From a virus (lineage: Duplodnaviria; Caudoviricetes): a DNA stretch of 42,829 bases. The notes beneath the pieces are model-generated. The model worked only from the letters and a program-made list of their open reading frames with translations. It did not search any database and had not been told where the DNA came from. Where the stretch lies: IMG/VR virus record IMGVR_UViG_3300022670_000276, positions 1-42,829 of that record. One strand, given 5' to 3'. The position numbers and the translations under genes are program-made. Below are positions 27,802 to 35,325 of this stretch, piece by piece. The number at the start of each line of letters is the position of its first letter. Positions within the stretch are counted from its first letter, which is position 1.

Positions 27802-28047
27802 TTAATCAACAACACACCAATCATCAGCTAACATATCAGTTTGACTGGCTAACCAAGGGACGAGGCTTTTGGGTGCAGCCTCATTGTCAGTTTGTAGACC
27901 CGTTGTATCAATGAATATGTAGGGACTTGTCATTTTGCTGTTAGCATCAGGCACCTGTAATTCAATAAAGATACCTTTACCGTTCCAACCCTTTCGCGCT
28001 ACTTTATTGCCATTTTTTAATGCTTCGATAGTTTGACCAAAATTCAT
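27802..28047 (-). CDS. DUF2829 / Tad2-like protein (candidate sponge for immune signalling molecules)
   Basis: MNFGQTIEALKNGNKVARKGWNGKG...VPWLASQTDMLADDW signature. Confidence 0.85.
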   Translation of the reverse strand: MNFGQTIEALKNGNKVARKGWNGKGIFIELQVPDANSKMTSPYIFIDTTGLQTDNEAAPKSLVPWLASQTDMLADDWCVVD

Positions 28048-28050
28048 AAT

Positions 28051-29526
28051 TTAATATCCCATTGCGTTAGTGCTATCGTTACCATGATAGTCATCTTCAT
28101 CGCCCCAATCCCGACCAATGTCATTCTTCTGGATGGCATGGCGGCGCATCATGTAAGCATAGCGGATGGCATCGATTAGATCATCTTTAGTCTTTACAAT
28201 GACACTCCTGACTGTGCCATCTTCACCTTTTTTATTGTGCCTATGATACTCCCTAATTTCTTCAAATACTTCTGTTAGATGAGAAAACACCTTGAATCTG
28301 CCAGTTTTCATTAGATTATTGAGTTCCATTAGTCCCACTTCAACACCATTACCACCTTCTTCCCAGGTACAATGGTCGTCAATCATTTCCCAGCCTGCAT
28401 CTTCGTATAATGACTTCACCTGCACAGCATCCTGCTTGTTTGTCTGTTGATGTTTATTACCATCAGACGGCCAGGTTGTAGGTACATCTTCAGCCCATGA
28501 CTTCACAACATGCCAGGCTTCGAATGGTTGTTTCTCTTTAGCTTTCCAGGCGTGAATGACATAAAATATATCAGCGCCCATGTCCCAGGCTAACTGGATG
28601 TGTGATTGGGGATGGTCCCAACCGAAATCCATGCCGTTAATTAGATACCAGTGAGCGGGTATCTCGAACGGGTCGCATCTTATCTGGTCTGCCGGATGTT
28701 CAAAGATTAAACCAGCTCCCATCAACGGTACGCCGCGCGAACGCATGTCACGTTGATATGCCGGATACAGAGCCAAGATTATTTCTTTGGCATCTTCGCT
28801 TAAGTGTGGCGCATCATCCCATGTTGCTGTTTGAAGATACTGACCTGGTATTGGTTCATCCATGAAACTACACACAAGCTCTGTCTTGCCGTTTTCCGGT
28901 GTAAAAGTCAGGATACCTCTGCCACCGGCGTTATTGTCGCCATTTAGCGTTCTGGTGATGACTTGAGGATATATTGCCGGGTCTCTGGGTTCTTCATCGA
29001 TGTGATACCAGTCGACTATATCGCCCATCAATGCATGTTGGCCTTGGTTGTATGACCAGAACTGACAAGTAGCTGTACCGTTAACGTGTTTAACCCTGAC
29101 TTCACGCATGGCACCAACGGTGCCGGTCATACCTCGCCAGTCTACTATCTTATCAGCTGGGACCAGACCACCTTCAAACTTGCCACCTTGGAATCGTCCA
29201 AATAGTTTTAGTTGTAATAGGTCTCTGGTCTTTTCTCCTGAGTAACCAAGCAACCAGCACATTGGTGGAGTTGTGAATTCGTGACCTTCCCAGTTATCCG
29301 GATAGTCACCGGTTAAATGGTGGGCATCAATGACACAACCGGTGAGTGATTTACCCACTTGGTTTGCCGCCATGAGCATACAGGCTGTGTTCTCTTTGGT
29401 AGCAGCGTTGAATCGATGCTGCCAGTCATATAACCCAAGATATGCGCGAATACCCTGGGTTAGTTTATTTCGCCTTATTTTCTCTTCTAGAAGTTGAGCG
29501 TACTCAATCTTTTGAGCTTTGTTCAA
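28051..29526 (-). CDS. terL: Terminase large subunit
   Basis: Walker A AANQVGKS, Walker B YHIDEEP, LTFTPENG, nuclease GMDFGWDHP and DDLIDAIRY. Confidence 0.95.
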   Translation of the reverse strand: MNKAQKIEYAQLLEEKIRRNKLTQGIRAYLGLYDWQHRFNAATKENTACMLMAANQVGKSLTGCVIDAHHLTGDYPDNWEGHEFTTPPMCWLLGYSGEKTRDLLQLKLFGRFQGGKFEGGLVPADKIVDWRGMTGTVGAMREVRVKHVNGTATCQFWSYNQGQHALMGDIVDWYHIDEEPRDPAIYPQVITRTLNGDNNAGGRGILTFTPENGKTELVCSFMDEPIPGQYLQTATWDDAPHLSEDAKEIILALYPAYQRDMRSRGVPLMGAGLIFEHPADQIRCDPFEIPAHWYLINGMDFGWDHPQSHIQLAWDMGADIFYVIHAWKAKEKQPFEAWHVVKSWAEDVPTTWPSDGNKHQQTNKQDAVQVKSLYEDAGWEMIDDHCTWEEGGNGVEVGLMELNNLMKTGRFKVFSHLTEVFEEIREYHRHNKKGEDGTVRSVIVKTKDDLIDAIRYAYMMRRHAIQKNDIGRDWGDEDDYHGNDSTNAMGY

Positions 29527-29748
29527 TTAAAGCATTCCGAATCTTTCGGTCAATACTTCTTTTTGTTTACGCATGGATTCTAAGCATGCAATTCTGAACG
29601 GTTCAGATATTTCAGTTGGAATATTATTCGCGGGATAGTAAGCGCTAAATTGTTCCGCGCTCAATTCTTCAAGTCTAGTAATATCAATATTTAATCTTAC
29701 TAGTTGACGGTCTAATTTACATGCTTCTATAAAGTTTTTAGTTTTCAT
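29527..29748 (-). CDS. Hypothetical protein between the terminase genes
   Basis: 73-aa ORF, GAGGA RBS. Confidence 0.65.
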   Translation of the reverse strand: MKTKNFIEACKLDRQLVRLNIDITRLEELSAEQFSAYYPANNIPTEISEPFRIACLESMRKQKEVLTERFGML

Positions 29749-29762
29749 TGCATCTTCCTCGA

Positions 29763-30269
29763 TTATGTTTTAGTGCTTTGTTCACTCGCTCGCTCCAACT
29801 GCTTAATCTTGCGATCAAGTTCTTCTTCGGTTAAATCGGTGATGTTGATGTTCTCGGTTATTGCCTGTTCTGTCTTGTCACGCCAGTCTATTCCTAATGA
29901 ACCGGCAACACTAGTTCTGTTGCGTAAGAACAATGAACCGGCTTGTGTGTCTGGTGGATAATGTTTGGTGGTTTTAACGATGAGAGCCTTGCCGTTGTTA
30001 TTGAAAATTTTATCCTCTGGGTGACTGTAACCAATGGCCTTTTGATACATACTTGTTGCTACATTTGCATTGGCAATATCCTTGCCGTTCTTAATGGACT
30101 CTAAAAACTTAGGATATTTTAACTTCCAATTATGGATTGTTGCTTCTGCTACATTGAAAAAATTGGCCAGTTCAGTATCTACAGCACCAAGCAAAGTAAG
30201 CTTGTACGCTTGCTCTTCGTATTCTTTTTTGTACGCTGTAGGTCTGCCTCCTTTGTTCTTCTTAGTCAT
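29763..30269 (-). CDS. terS: Terminase small subunit
   Basis: GGRPTAY, LGAVDTELANFFNV...TIHNW, KHYPPDT, WRDK. Confidence 0.9.
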   Translation of the reverse strand: MTKKNKGGRPTAYKKEYEEQAYKLTLLGAVDTELANFFNVAEATIHNWKLKYPKFLESIKNGKDIANANVATSMYQKAIGYSHPEDKIFNNNGKALIVKTTKHYPPDTQAGSLFLRNRTSVAGSLGIDWRDKTEQAITENINITDLTEEELDRKIKQLERASEQSTKT

Positions 30270-30555
30270 AATAATCCTCAAATATGTTTACTCCATATCT
30301 GTCTTCTATTACAACTTTATATGGTTTTTCAATATATATTTTTGGGAACCGACCTTGATAATCAGCTATTACAGGATGTGGATGTGGGATGTAGTTATCT
30401 GAGTCAACGTATGAATTCTTTGGTACGGTAGTTTCGATTTCAAAAAAAATCATCCGGGCTGAGATCAATTCATCTTTATTTATTTCACAATATGTATAGA
30501 GATAGATGTCTACTCGCTCACACCCTTTGTTCTTAGGCATAATTATCCACGACAC
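30262..30555 (-). CDS. Stand-alone homologue of the tailspike N-terminal head-binding domain
   Basis: Ungapped 57-aa alignment to the tailspike N-terminus with 22 identities (hand count). Confidence 0.7.
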   Translation of the reverse strand: MSWIIMPKNKGCERVDIYLYTYCEINKDELISARMIFFEIETTVPKNSYVDSDNYIPHPHPVIADYQGRFPKIYIEKPYKVVIEDRYGVNIFEDYYD

Positions 30556-30733
30556 TTTTGGCGATTATTTCTAATGTTCTTTTAGCTATCTTGAGATTTT
30601 TTAATGCAGCTACCAATTCTGGATATTGCGCATCGATATCGCCCTTTCTTTCTTCCCACCTAGACCAACGTTCTATATCGCCTGTTTCATTAAGAAAATA
30701 GCCGATCATATTTATGTCATCTTCGGTTACCAT
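30533..30733 (-). CDS. Hypothetical protein
   Basis: 66-aa ORF, AAGGA RBS. Confidence 0.65.
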   Translation of the reverse strand: MVTEDDINMIGYFLNETGDIERWSRWEERKGDIDAQYPELVAALKNLKIAKRTLEIIAKSVVDNYA

Positions 30734-30748
30734 AATTTATTGTCCTTG

Positions 30749-30880
30749 CTAGTAAAAATCCAATTCGCCGTTCTGGTGAATTGGTGGTAAGTTCTTAAGC
30801 ATTAATAAATAAGCCACTTGGTTTAAATAGTATTCCTGGAGCCAAAGTTCAGCTTCTGCTTCATCACTTGTTACATACAT
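30749..30880 (-). CDS. Small hypothetical protein (43 aa), missed by the ORF track
   Basis: MYVTSDEAEAELWLQEYY...NGELDFY fills the gap in the operon. Confidence 0.5.
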   Translation of the reverse strand: MYVTSDEAEAELWLQEYYLNQVAYLLMLKNLPPIHQNGELDFY

Positions 30881-30891
30881 AATTTAAATTC

Positions 30892-31212
30892 CTAAAACAT
30901 CCCATTATCTCTGGCCTTGCCACCGCCGAATAGCCAGGTAGCAATAAACCAACTTCTTGCTCTGAACCATCGTCCCTCGTCTGCCAGTATATCATGGAGT
31001 ATCGCGGAGGCTTGCCAGTTAGTACACTGAGTGCCGTTATCAAACACGCCATAGTCACAAAGCCAGTCATGCACCCACCAACTCTGAGAGTTGATATCTC
31101 TGACTCCTGTGGCTCCGTCACTTCTATATCCTTTAGGAACAGTTACCCATTTCTTATAGCGGAAGCTAAAGTATCTGATTTTATGTTCTAGTGTGTAACG
31201 TTTAATAGCCAT
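30892..31212 (-). CDS. DUF1353-like protein
   Basis: VPKGYRSDGA...VHDWLC...LFGG. Confidence 0.8.
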   Translation of the reverse strand: MAIKRYTLEHKIRYFSFRYKKWVTVPKGYRSDGATGVRDINSQSWWVHDWLCDYGVFDNGTQCTNWQASAILHDILADEGRWFRARSWFIATWLFGGGKARDNGMF

Positions 31213-31246
31213 ATATTTGTCATCAGTGACTTAATGTTTAATCGCC

Positions 31247-31564
31247 TTAATCACGTTTACTATCGCTAACTAATGTAAAATTATGTTGCCATAAACCCAA
31301 TCCCGTTAATATTTTTGGTGGCTTAATAATCTCTAAGGTATGACCATTTTTATCTGCCCATATCTGCCCGGCGTGGATTCCTATCTTGTTTAAAATCTTT
31401 TTGCAAGATTTACGTTTTGCTTTTGTTATTGATGTCATATGCCATTTGTTGCAATTTTCGCATACATAATAATTTCGTTTACCTCTGTTAGAGGTCATGC
31501 TTAGATTCTTGAAATAACTTTTAGCTTCTTTCTTAGAATTGAATTGTCTCTTTTGGCAGTTCAT
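31247..31564 (-). CDS. Hypothetical Zn-finger protein
   Basis: C.KRQF...EA...YVCENCNKWHMTS. Confidence 0.7.
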   Translation of the reverse strand: MNCQKRQFNSKKEAKSYFKNLSMTSNRGKRNYYVCENCNKWHMTSITKAKRKSCKKILNKIGIHAGQIWADKNGHTLEIIKPPKILTGLGLWQHNFTLVSDSKRD

Positions 31565-31567
31565 AAT

Positions 31568-31768
31568 TTAATGTATTCCTCTGAGATTGACAGGGTGTTC
31601 TTCGTTGTCGACATCTTGGATAACTATTTTTATCAGACCTTTTTCATAAGCCGTGAAAAATGCGTCACCTGCTATCAATCCATCATCACTGATTTTATCC
31701 TCATCGAATTGTGTAGTGATATCTATGTACTCATTGCCAATTGATATTCTGACCTTCTTGGTTTTCAT
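31568..31768 (-). CDS. Hypothetical protein
   Basis: 66-aa ORF, ATGA-coupled. Confidence 0.6.
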   Translation of the reverse strand: MKTKKVRISIGNEYIDITTQFDEDKISDDGLIAGDAFFTAYEKGLIKIVIQDVDNEEHPVNLRGIH

Positions 31769-32214
31769 GATATCACCTTACCGGTTTTAACGTCGATAAC
31801 CTGAACTTTGCCGCCAGTATAGATATCACGTGTCATGGCATATTCAACAGCTGATTTGGCTGATTTGCCATGATCTAAAGCCGAATACGCAAAGTCTCGA
31901 CCACTACCAAAAGCGTAATCATATGTTATCTCAGCTTGATAGAAAATCTTGTCATCATCAATAAATGATGCGAAAACTTTGTCGTCGCGGATTAGAAATG
32001 CTGAACAATCTAAAACAATATTATTTTTTTGTGTTTCATATTTTATCATTTCAACAAATGCATCATAATCTGATATAGCACCAGAGATTATCCAAATTCC
32101 TAATTCGTTTCGAATGATCTTGTTAAAATTATCAGTCCTAATTAAACCGCCACATGTTATACGGCTATCGACTGCTATTTGTCTGGTTTTATGGTGATAG
32201 CAAATGGTAGTCAT
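31765..32214 (-). CDS. Ntn-hydrolase (HslV/proteasome-beta-like) protein
   Basis: Start moved to MTTICY; IAVDSR, GSGRDFA, DIYTGG. Confidence 0.8.
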   Translation of the reverse strand: MTTICYHHKTRQIAVDSRITCGGLIRTDNFNKIIRNELGIWIISGAISDYDAFVEMIKYETQKNNIVLDCSAFLIRDDKVFASFIDDDKIFYQAEITYDYAFGSGRDFAYSALDHGKSAKSAVEYAMTRDIYTGGKVQVIDVKTGKVIS

Positions 32215-32438
32215 TATTTCATCCCTATAGTGCATGAAGCTATAACCGGTTTATCTAAACCTTCTATCTTCCAATACACCTGATTGCCCATACCACCTCT
32301 ATATTTTGGCATTTTTGATTTATCTTTTACCCATCTGGTAGCGTAAATTAACTTACCGTCTTGGTAACAAGTTGCTTTATGGTATTGGCATGCAGATAAT
32401 AGTACACAAGCAGCAATAATCAATATTAATCTAATCAT
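32214..32438 (-). CDS. Lipoprotein
   Basis: LLSAC lipobox. Confidence 0.7.
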   Translation of the reverse strand: MIRLILIIAACVLLSACQYHKATCYQDGKLIYATRWVKDKSKMPKYRGGMGNQVYWKIEGLDKPVIASCTIGMK

Positions 32439-33044
32439 TATTCACCTACCTTGTTTAATGTGATTGTGAATTTATTGTTATTAATAAGGGCATCAACTAT
32501 CCAATCTGCATTGAATGTCGACCTTAAAACGTCACGAAGCTTTTCTTCGTCGGTTCTGGTGTCGCTTATCCTAAATTCCATGTGTTCTGTATATTGATGA
32601 TATTGCTCTCCGTCTTGTCTCGTAAAAATGAAATACATTTTTGAAATATAATCAACGGTCACTTTAATCCATTCATCAGCAGTATTTGATTTAAAGTGAT
32701 ACTCGCATTCACATCCGACAGGCGGCCATTCCCCCGCATCAGCCATAGCTTGGGTGAATACCGGCTTATCATTTGGAGTATGAAGGTCAGTAATAACAAC
32801 TTGATTGCCTTTTTCGTGATCTGGCTCTTGTGTCTTCTTGTAATCAGATAGCATGGCAGAATGGTTAGGTTTCCATGTTTTTATGCTGCTAAAAAATTCT
32901 AAAGTCCAAATAAATATTGCAGCTATTTGTTTGACATGATTATCACGAACTAACACAGCATCAACAACCACATCATCAGCAACAGGCTGATTCAATGCCT
33001 TTCTCTTTTAGCCAACGTACGGGTATCATGTTTGAAGTGTTCAT
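32438..33044 (-). CDS. Hypothetical protein; 5' end apparently one base out of frame
   Basis: ATG at 33044 (MNTSNMIPVRWLKEKG) is offset by one base from the long frame 32438-32995 (LNQPVADDVVV...FTQAMADAGEWPPVGCEC). Confidence 0.55.
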
Positions 33045-33063
33045 GTTATTTCCATAAATAAGT

Positions 33064-33091
33064 TGGTCAGTGTGGTAGGATTCGAACCTAC
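33064..33091 (-). tRNA. 3' fragment of a tRNA-Pro-like gene (T-arm, acceptor 3' strand, A73, CCA)
   Basis: GTAGG-TTCGAAT-CCTAC-CACACTG-A-CCA; G72/A73 fits tRNA-Pro; no D or anticodon arm upstream. Confidence 0.8.
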
Positions 33092-33441
33092 TCATGATGG
33101 TGTTTTTCTCTGTGGCAGTTAGCACAAAGTAATACACATTTTTCAATTTCTTTTTCGTATCTAGCCCAAGAACATTTTATAGCATTAGAAGGGTTAATTA
33201 ACTTATCATCTTCTGGGTGATGCCACTCTAAGGCCGAAGAGCATTTAACATAGCCACAATTAGAGCATCCTAAGTTTAATTTATACCCTTTAGCTTTAAC
33301 TGATAATAACTTTTGCCTTATACTAGTACGTTTGTTTTTATCAAAACCTTCCGGCAAACAGTTATAACATAGAATCCTGTTATTGCCTCCGCTACCTTTA
33401 CGGACAACATTAAAGGGTTTGTCGCAAACTTCACAATTCAT
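33088..33441 (-). CDS. Zn-binding HNH endonuclease
   Basis: CSNCGY.KC..ALEWHH...KCVLLCANCHREKH, plus N-terminal CxxC...CxxC. Confidence 0.9.
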   Translation of the reverse strand: MNCEVCDKPFNVVRKGSGGNNRILCYNCLPEGFDKNKRTSIRQKLLSVKAKGYKLNLGCSNCGYVKCSSALEWHHPEDDKLINPSNAIKCSWARYEKEIEKCVLLCANCHREKHHHE

Positions 33442-33446
33442 TCTGT

Positions 33447-34667
33447 TTACCCTTTAACGTTGATAACCTGTCTGAGCTTAAAAACTATCTCAACCAAATC
33501 AGATTGAGCATCCATGACAGCGCCAATATCTTTGTAGGCCGCTGGGCTTTCATCAATAACATCAGCGTCAAGTCTTGCTTCGATCCCTTTCATTGCTATT
33601 GCATGTTGATCTAGGCTTATCTCCTTCTTCGCCTGACCCCGGGACATAACGCGACCAGCACCATGAGAACAGCTACAAAATGATTGTTCATTACCTAAAC
33701 CACGAACGATAAATGAACCTGTTCCCATTGACCCTGGGATTATCCCTAAATCATTTTTACGTGCTCTTACTGCGCCTTTTCGAGTAACCCAAACATTAGA
33801 TCCAAAATGATTTTCTCTTGAAATATAATTATGGTGGCAGTTAACTGCCATATCAGTTATTGAGAACGGTTTAAGATGTTTTCCGAGTACCTGTAATACG
33901 GTTTCCATCATTGACTTTCTGTTTTCAAGCGCGAACTCTTGCGCCCATTGCACAGCATTGACGTAATCGTCGAATAACTCAGTCTTTTCTACTAAATAAG
34001 ATAGGTCTTTATCAACTAAAAACTTGTCAATATAATACCTTTCCATTTCCTTTTTGGCCTTTTCAATAAAATACATACCAATCTTATTGCCAACGCCGCG
34101 AGATCCCGAATGCAACATAACCCAAACTGAATCTAATTCATCAAGACAAACTTCGATAAAATGATTACCAGTACCCAAAGTTCCCATGTGTTGATAGGTA
34201 TTAAACGCCTTGGCTTTTGGGTGCTTTTCTAGAATTGCCCGATACCTTCGTTCAAGTGATATCCACCGTAACTTATTACCTTCAGTTAATTCCTGATAAC
34301 CGCCTTTATCATTTCGACCACCATTATCTGTTCTTCCGTGAGGAATAGCGGCCTCTATATCATTTCTGATGGCTCTAAGGTTATCGGGTAGATCATTTGC
34401 CTTTAACGTTGTTTGAAATGCCATCATGCCGCAACCAATATCAACGCCAACAGCCGCCGGAACTATCGCTCCTTTAGTTGCTATCACCGATCCAATAGTC
34501 GCGCCCATTCCCCAATGAACATCAGGCATTGCTGCAACATGTTTGTGAATAAACGGCAATGATGCAATGTTATGTAATTGTTGTTTTGCTCGATCCTCAA
34601 GTAACACACCTCTGGTCCAGTGTTTAATTGGTGAGCCTTTTGTCTCTTCAAATATAAACTTATTCAT
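33447..34667 (-). CDS. rtcB: RtcB RNA ligase (joins 2',3'-cyclic phosphate/3'-P to 5'-OH)
   Basis: MPDVH.G, VGVDIGCGM, GTLGTGNHFIE, HSGSRG, HHNY, RKGA, PGSMG, SCSHGAGR and DESP.AYK all intact. Confidence 0.97.
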   Translation of the reverse strand: MNKFIFEETKGSPIKHWTRGVLLEDRAKQQLHNIASLPFIHKHVAAMPDVHWGMGATIGSVIATKGAIVPAAVGVDIGCGMMAFQTTLKANDLPDNLRAIRNDIEAAIPHGRTDNGGRNDKGGYQELTEGNKLRWISLERRYRAILEKHPKAKAFNTYQHMGTLGTGNHFIEVCLDELDSVWVMLHSGSRGVGNKIGMYFIEKAKKEMERYYIDKFLVDKDLSYLVEKTELFDDYVNAVQWAQEFALENRKSMMETVLQVLGKHLKPFSITDMAVNCHHNYISRENHFGSNVWVTRKGAVRARKNDLGIIPGSMGTGSFIVRGLGNEQSFCSCSHGAGRVMSRGQAKKEISLDQHAIAMKGIEARLDADVIDESPAAYKDIGAVMDAQSDLVEIVFKLRQVINVKG

Positions 34668-34705
34668 TGTGTAACCTCGTTAATGGTTAATCGTTAAGAA
34701 AAGTT

Positions 34706-34758
34706 AAAATGCCAGTCAGGTTAACGAATCCTGATTTTTAGCCGCTAAGCCTAGGCAT
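34706..34758 (-). ncRNA. Structured RNA motif, copy 1 (rtcB leader)
   Basis: Closing stem ATGCC(T)AG/CTGGCAT; hairpins GGC-TTAGCG-GCT and TCAGG-ATTCGTTAA-CCTGA; short T-run. Confidence 0.65.
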
Positions 34759-34763
34759 AGTTT

Positions 34764-34792
34764 ATTATACGTTAAAGGGGCAACGCTGTTAA
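34764..34792 (-). promoter_or_regulatory. Sigma70 promoter upstream of rtcB
   Basis: TTAACA-17 nt-TATAAT. Confidence 0.75.
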
Positions 34793-35139
34793 GCAGCCGT
34801 AAGGGTAACTACTGTGATTGTCTGTTCTTTTCGCCAAATTTCTAATGTTCCGATCACGTCGTCGGCCCCGTATTTCTTCACCATTCGGGCAACATGTTCC
34901 CAGTCAGGTTCAGTTTCTGGATTATCTTCAATTTGGCGATAAGTGCGGCCTTTAAGGTATCCGTAGGCAATATGAGTATCACGGGCTTCAGCTCGTAACA
35001 AAATACGACGGATATAACATAATCTATTGAGCATGTAAGTGCGTCTTTCAACTTTACATTTCAACTCTTGCGCCCGAATAATACGAGATGCAATAGCAAG
35101 GTTTTTTACTTCCGTTTTTAATGCGAATAAATTTAACAT
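34789..35139 (-). CDS. Basic helical phage protein of unknown function
   Basis: LKTEVKNLA.ASRIIR.QE...R.EARDTHIAYGYLKGRTYRQIE; Arg-rich. Confidence 0.8.
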   Translation of the reverse strand: MLNLFALKTEVKNLAIASRIIRAQELKCKVERRTYMLNRLCYIRRILLRAEARDTHIAYGYLKGRTYRQIEDNPETEPDWEHVARMVKKYGADDVIGTLEIWRKEQTITVVTLTAA

Positions 35140-35206
35140 GATTTTTCTCTACTTAATGGAATAAATTAATTTTTTGTACTACTTCATTAAGGGGTGAGGT
35201 GGGTCT

Positions 35207-35242
35207 TTATTGCATTCAGGTGAAATGCATATTGTTCTCCTT
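35207..35242 (-). promoter_or_regulatory. Mini-ORF/leader: AAGGAGA RBS, then ATG CAT TTC ACC TGA ATG CAA TAA within a hairpin
   Basis: Strong RBS 5 nt before the ATG; TGCATT/AATGCA stem. Confidence 0.45.
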
Positions 35243-35255
35243 TTAGTTAAATGAG

Positions 35256-35325
35256 TGGAGGCATTAAGCAGATTCGAACTGCTAGGCATTGGGGTTGAAA
35301 TCCCTAACCTCACCTATGTAATGCC
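35256..35325 (-). tRNA. Atypical 70-nt tRNA-like element (Cys-like acceptor, no D-stem, anticodon ambiguous TTC/TCA)
   Basis: GGCATTA/TAATGCC acceptor, U73, encoded CCA, perfect T-arm AGCAG-TTCGAAT-CTGCT. Confidence 0.75.

Noticed and set aside
32930-33044. Cys/UGA-rich reading (ACC**CGC*CC) suggesting selenoprotein or UGA recoding
   Set aside because: It is the shifted-frame shadow of the Val/Asp/Ala codons of VADDVVVDAV, and TGA is used as a normal stop in many ATGA overlaps across the genome.
33064-33091. tRNA 3' fragment as an attP core
   Set aside because: No integrase was recognised anywhere, and the fragment overlaps an HNH stop rather than lying beside a recombinase. Not fully excluded without a host genome.
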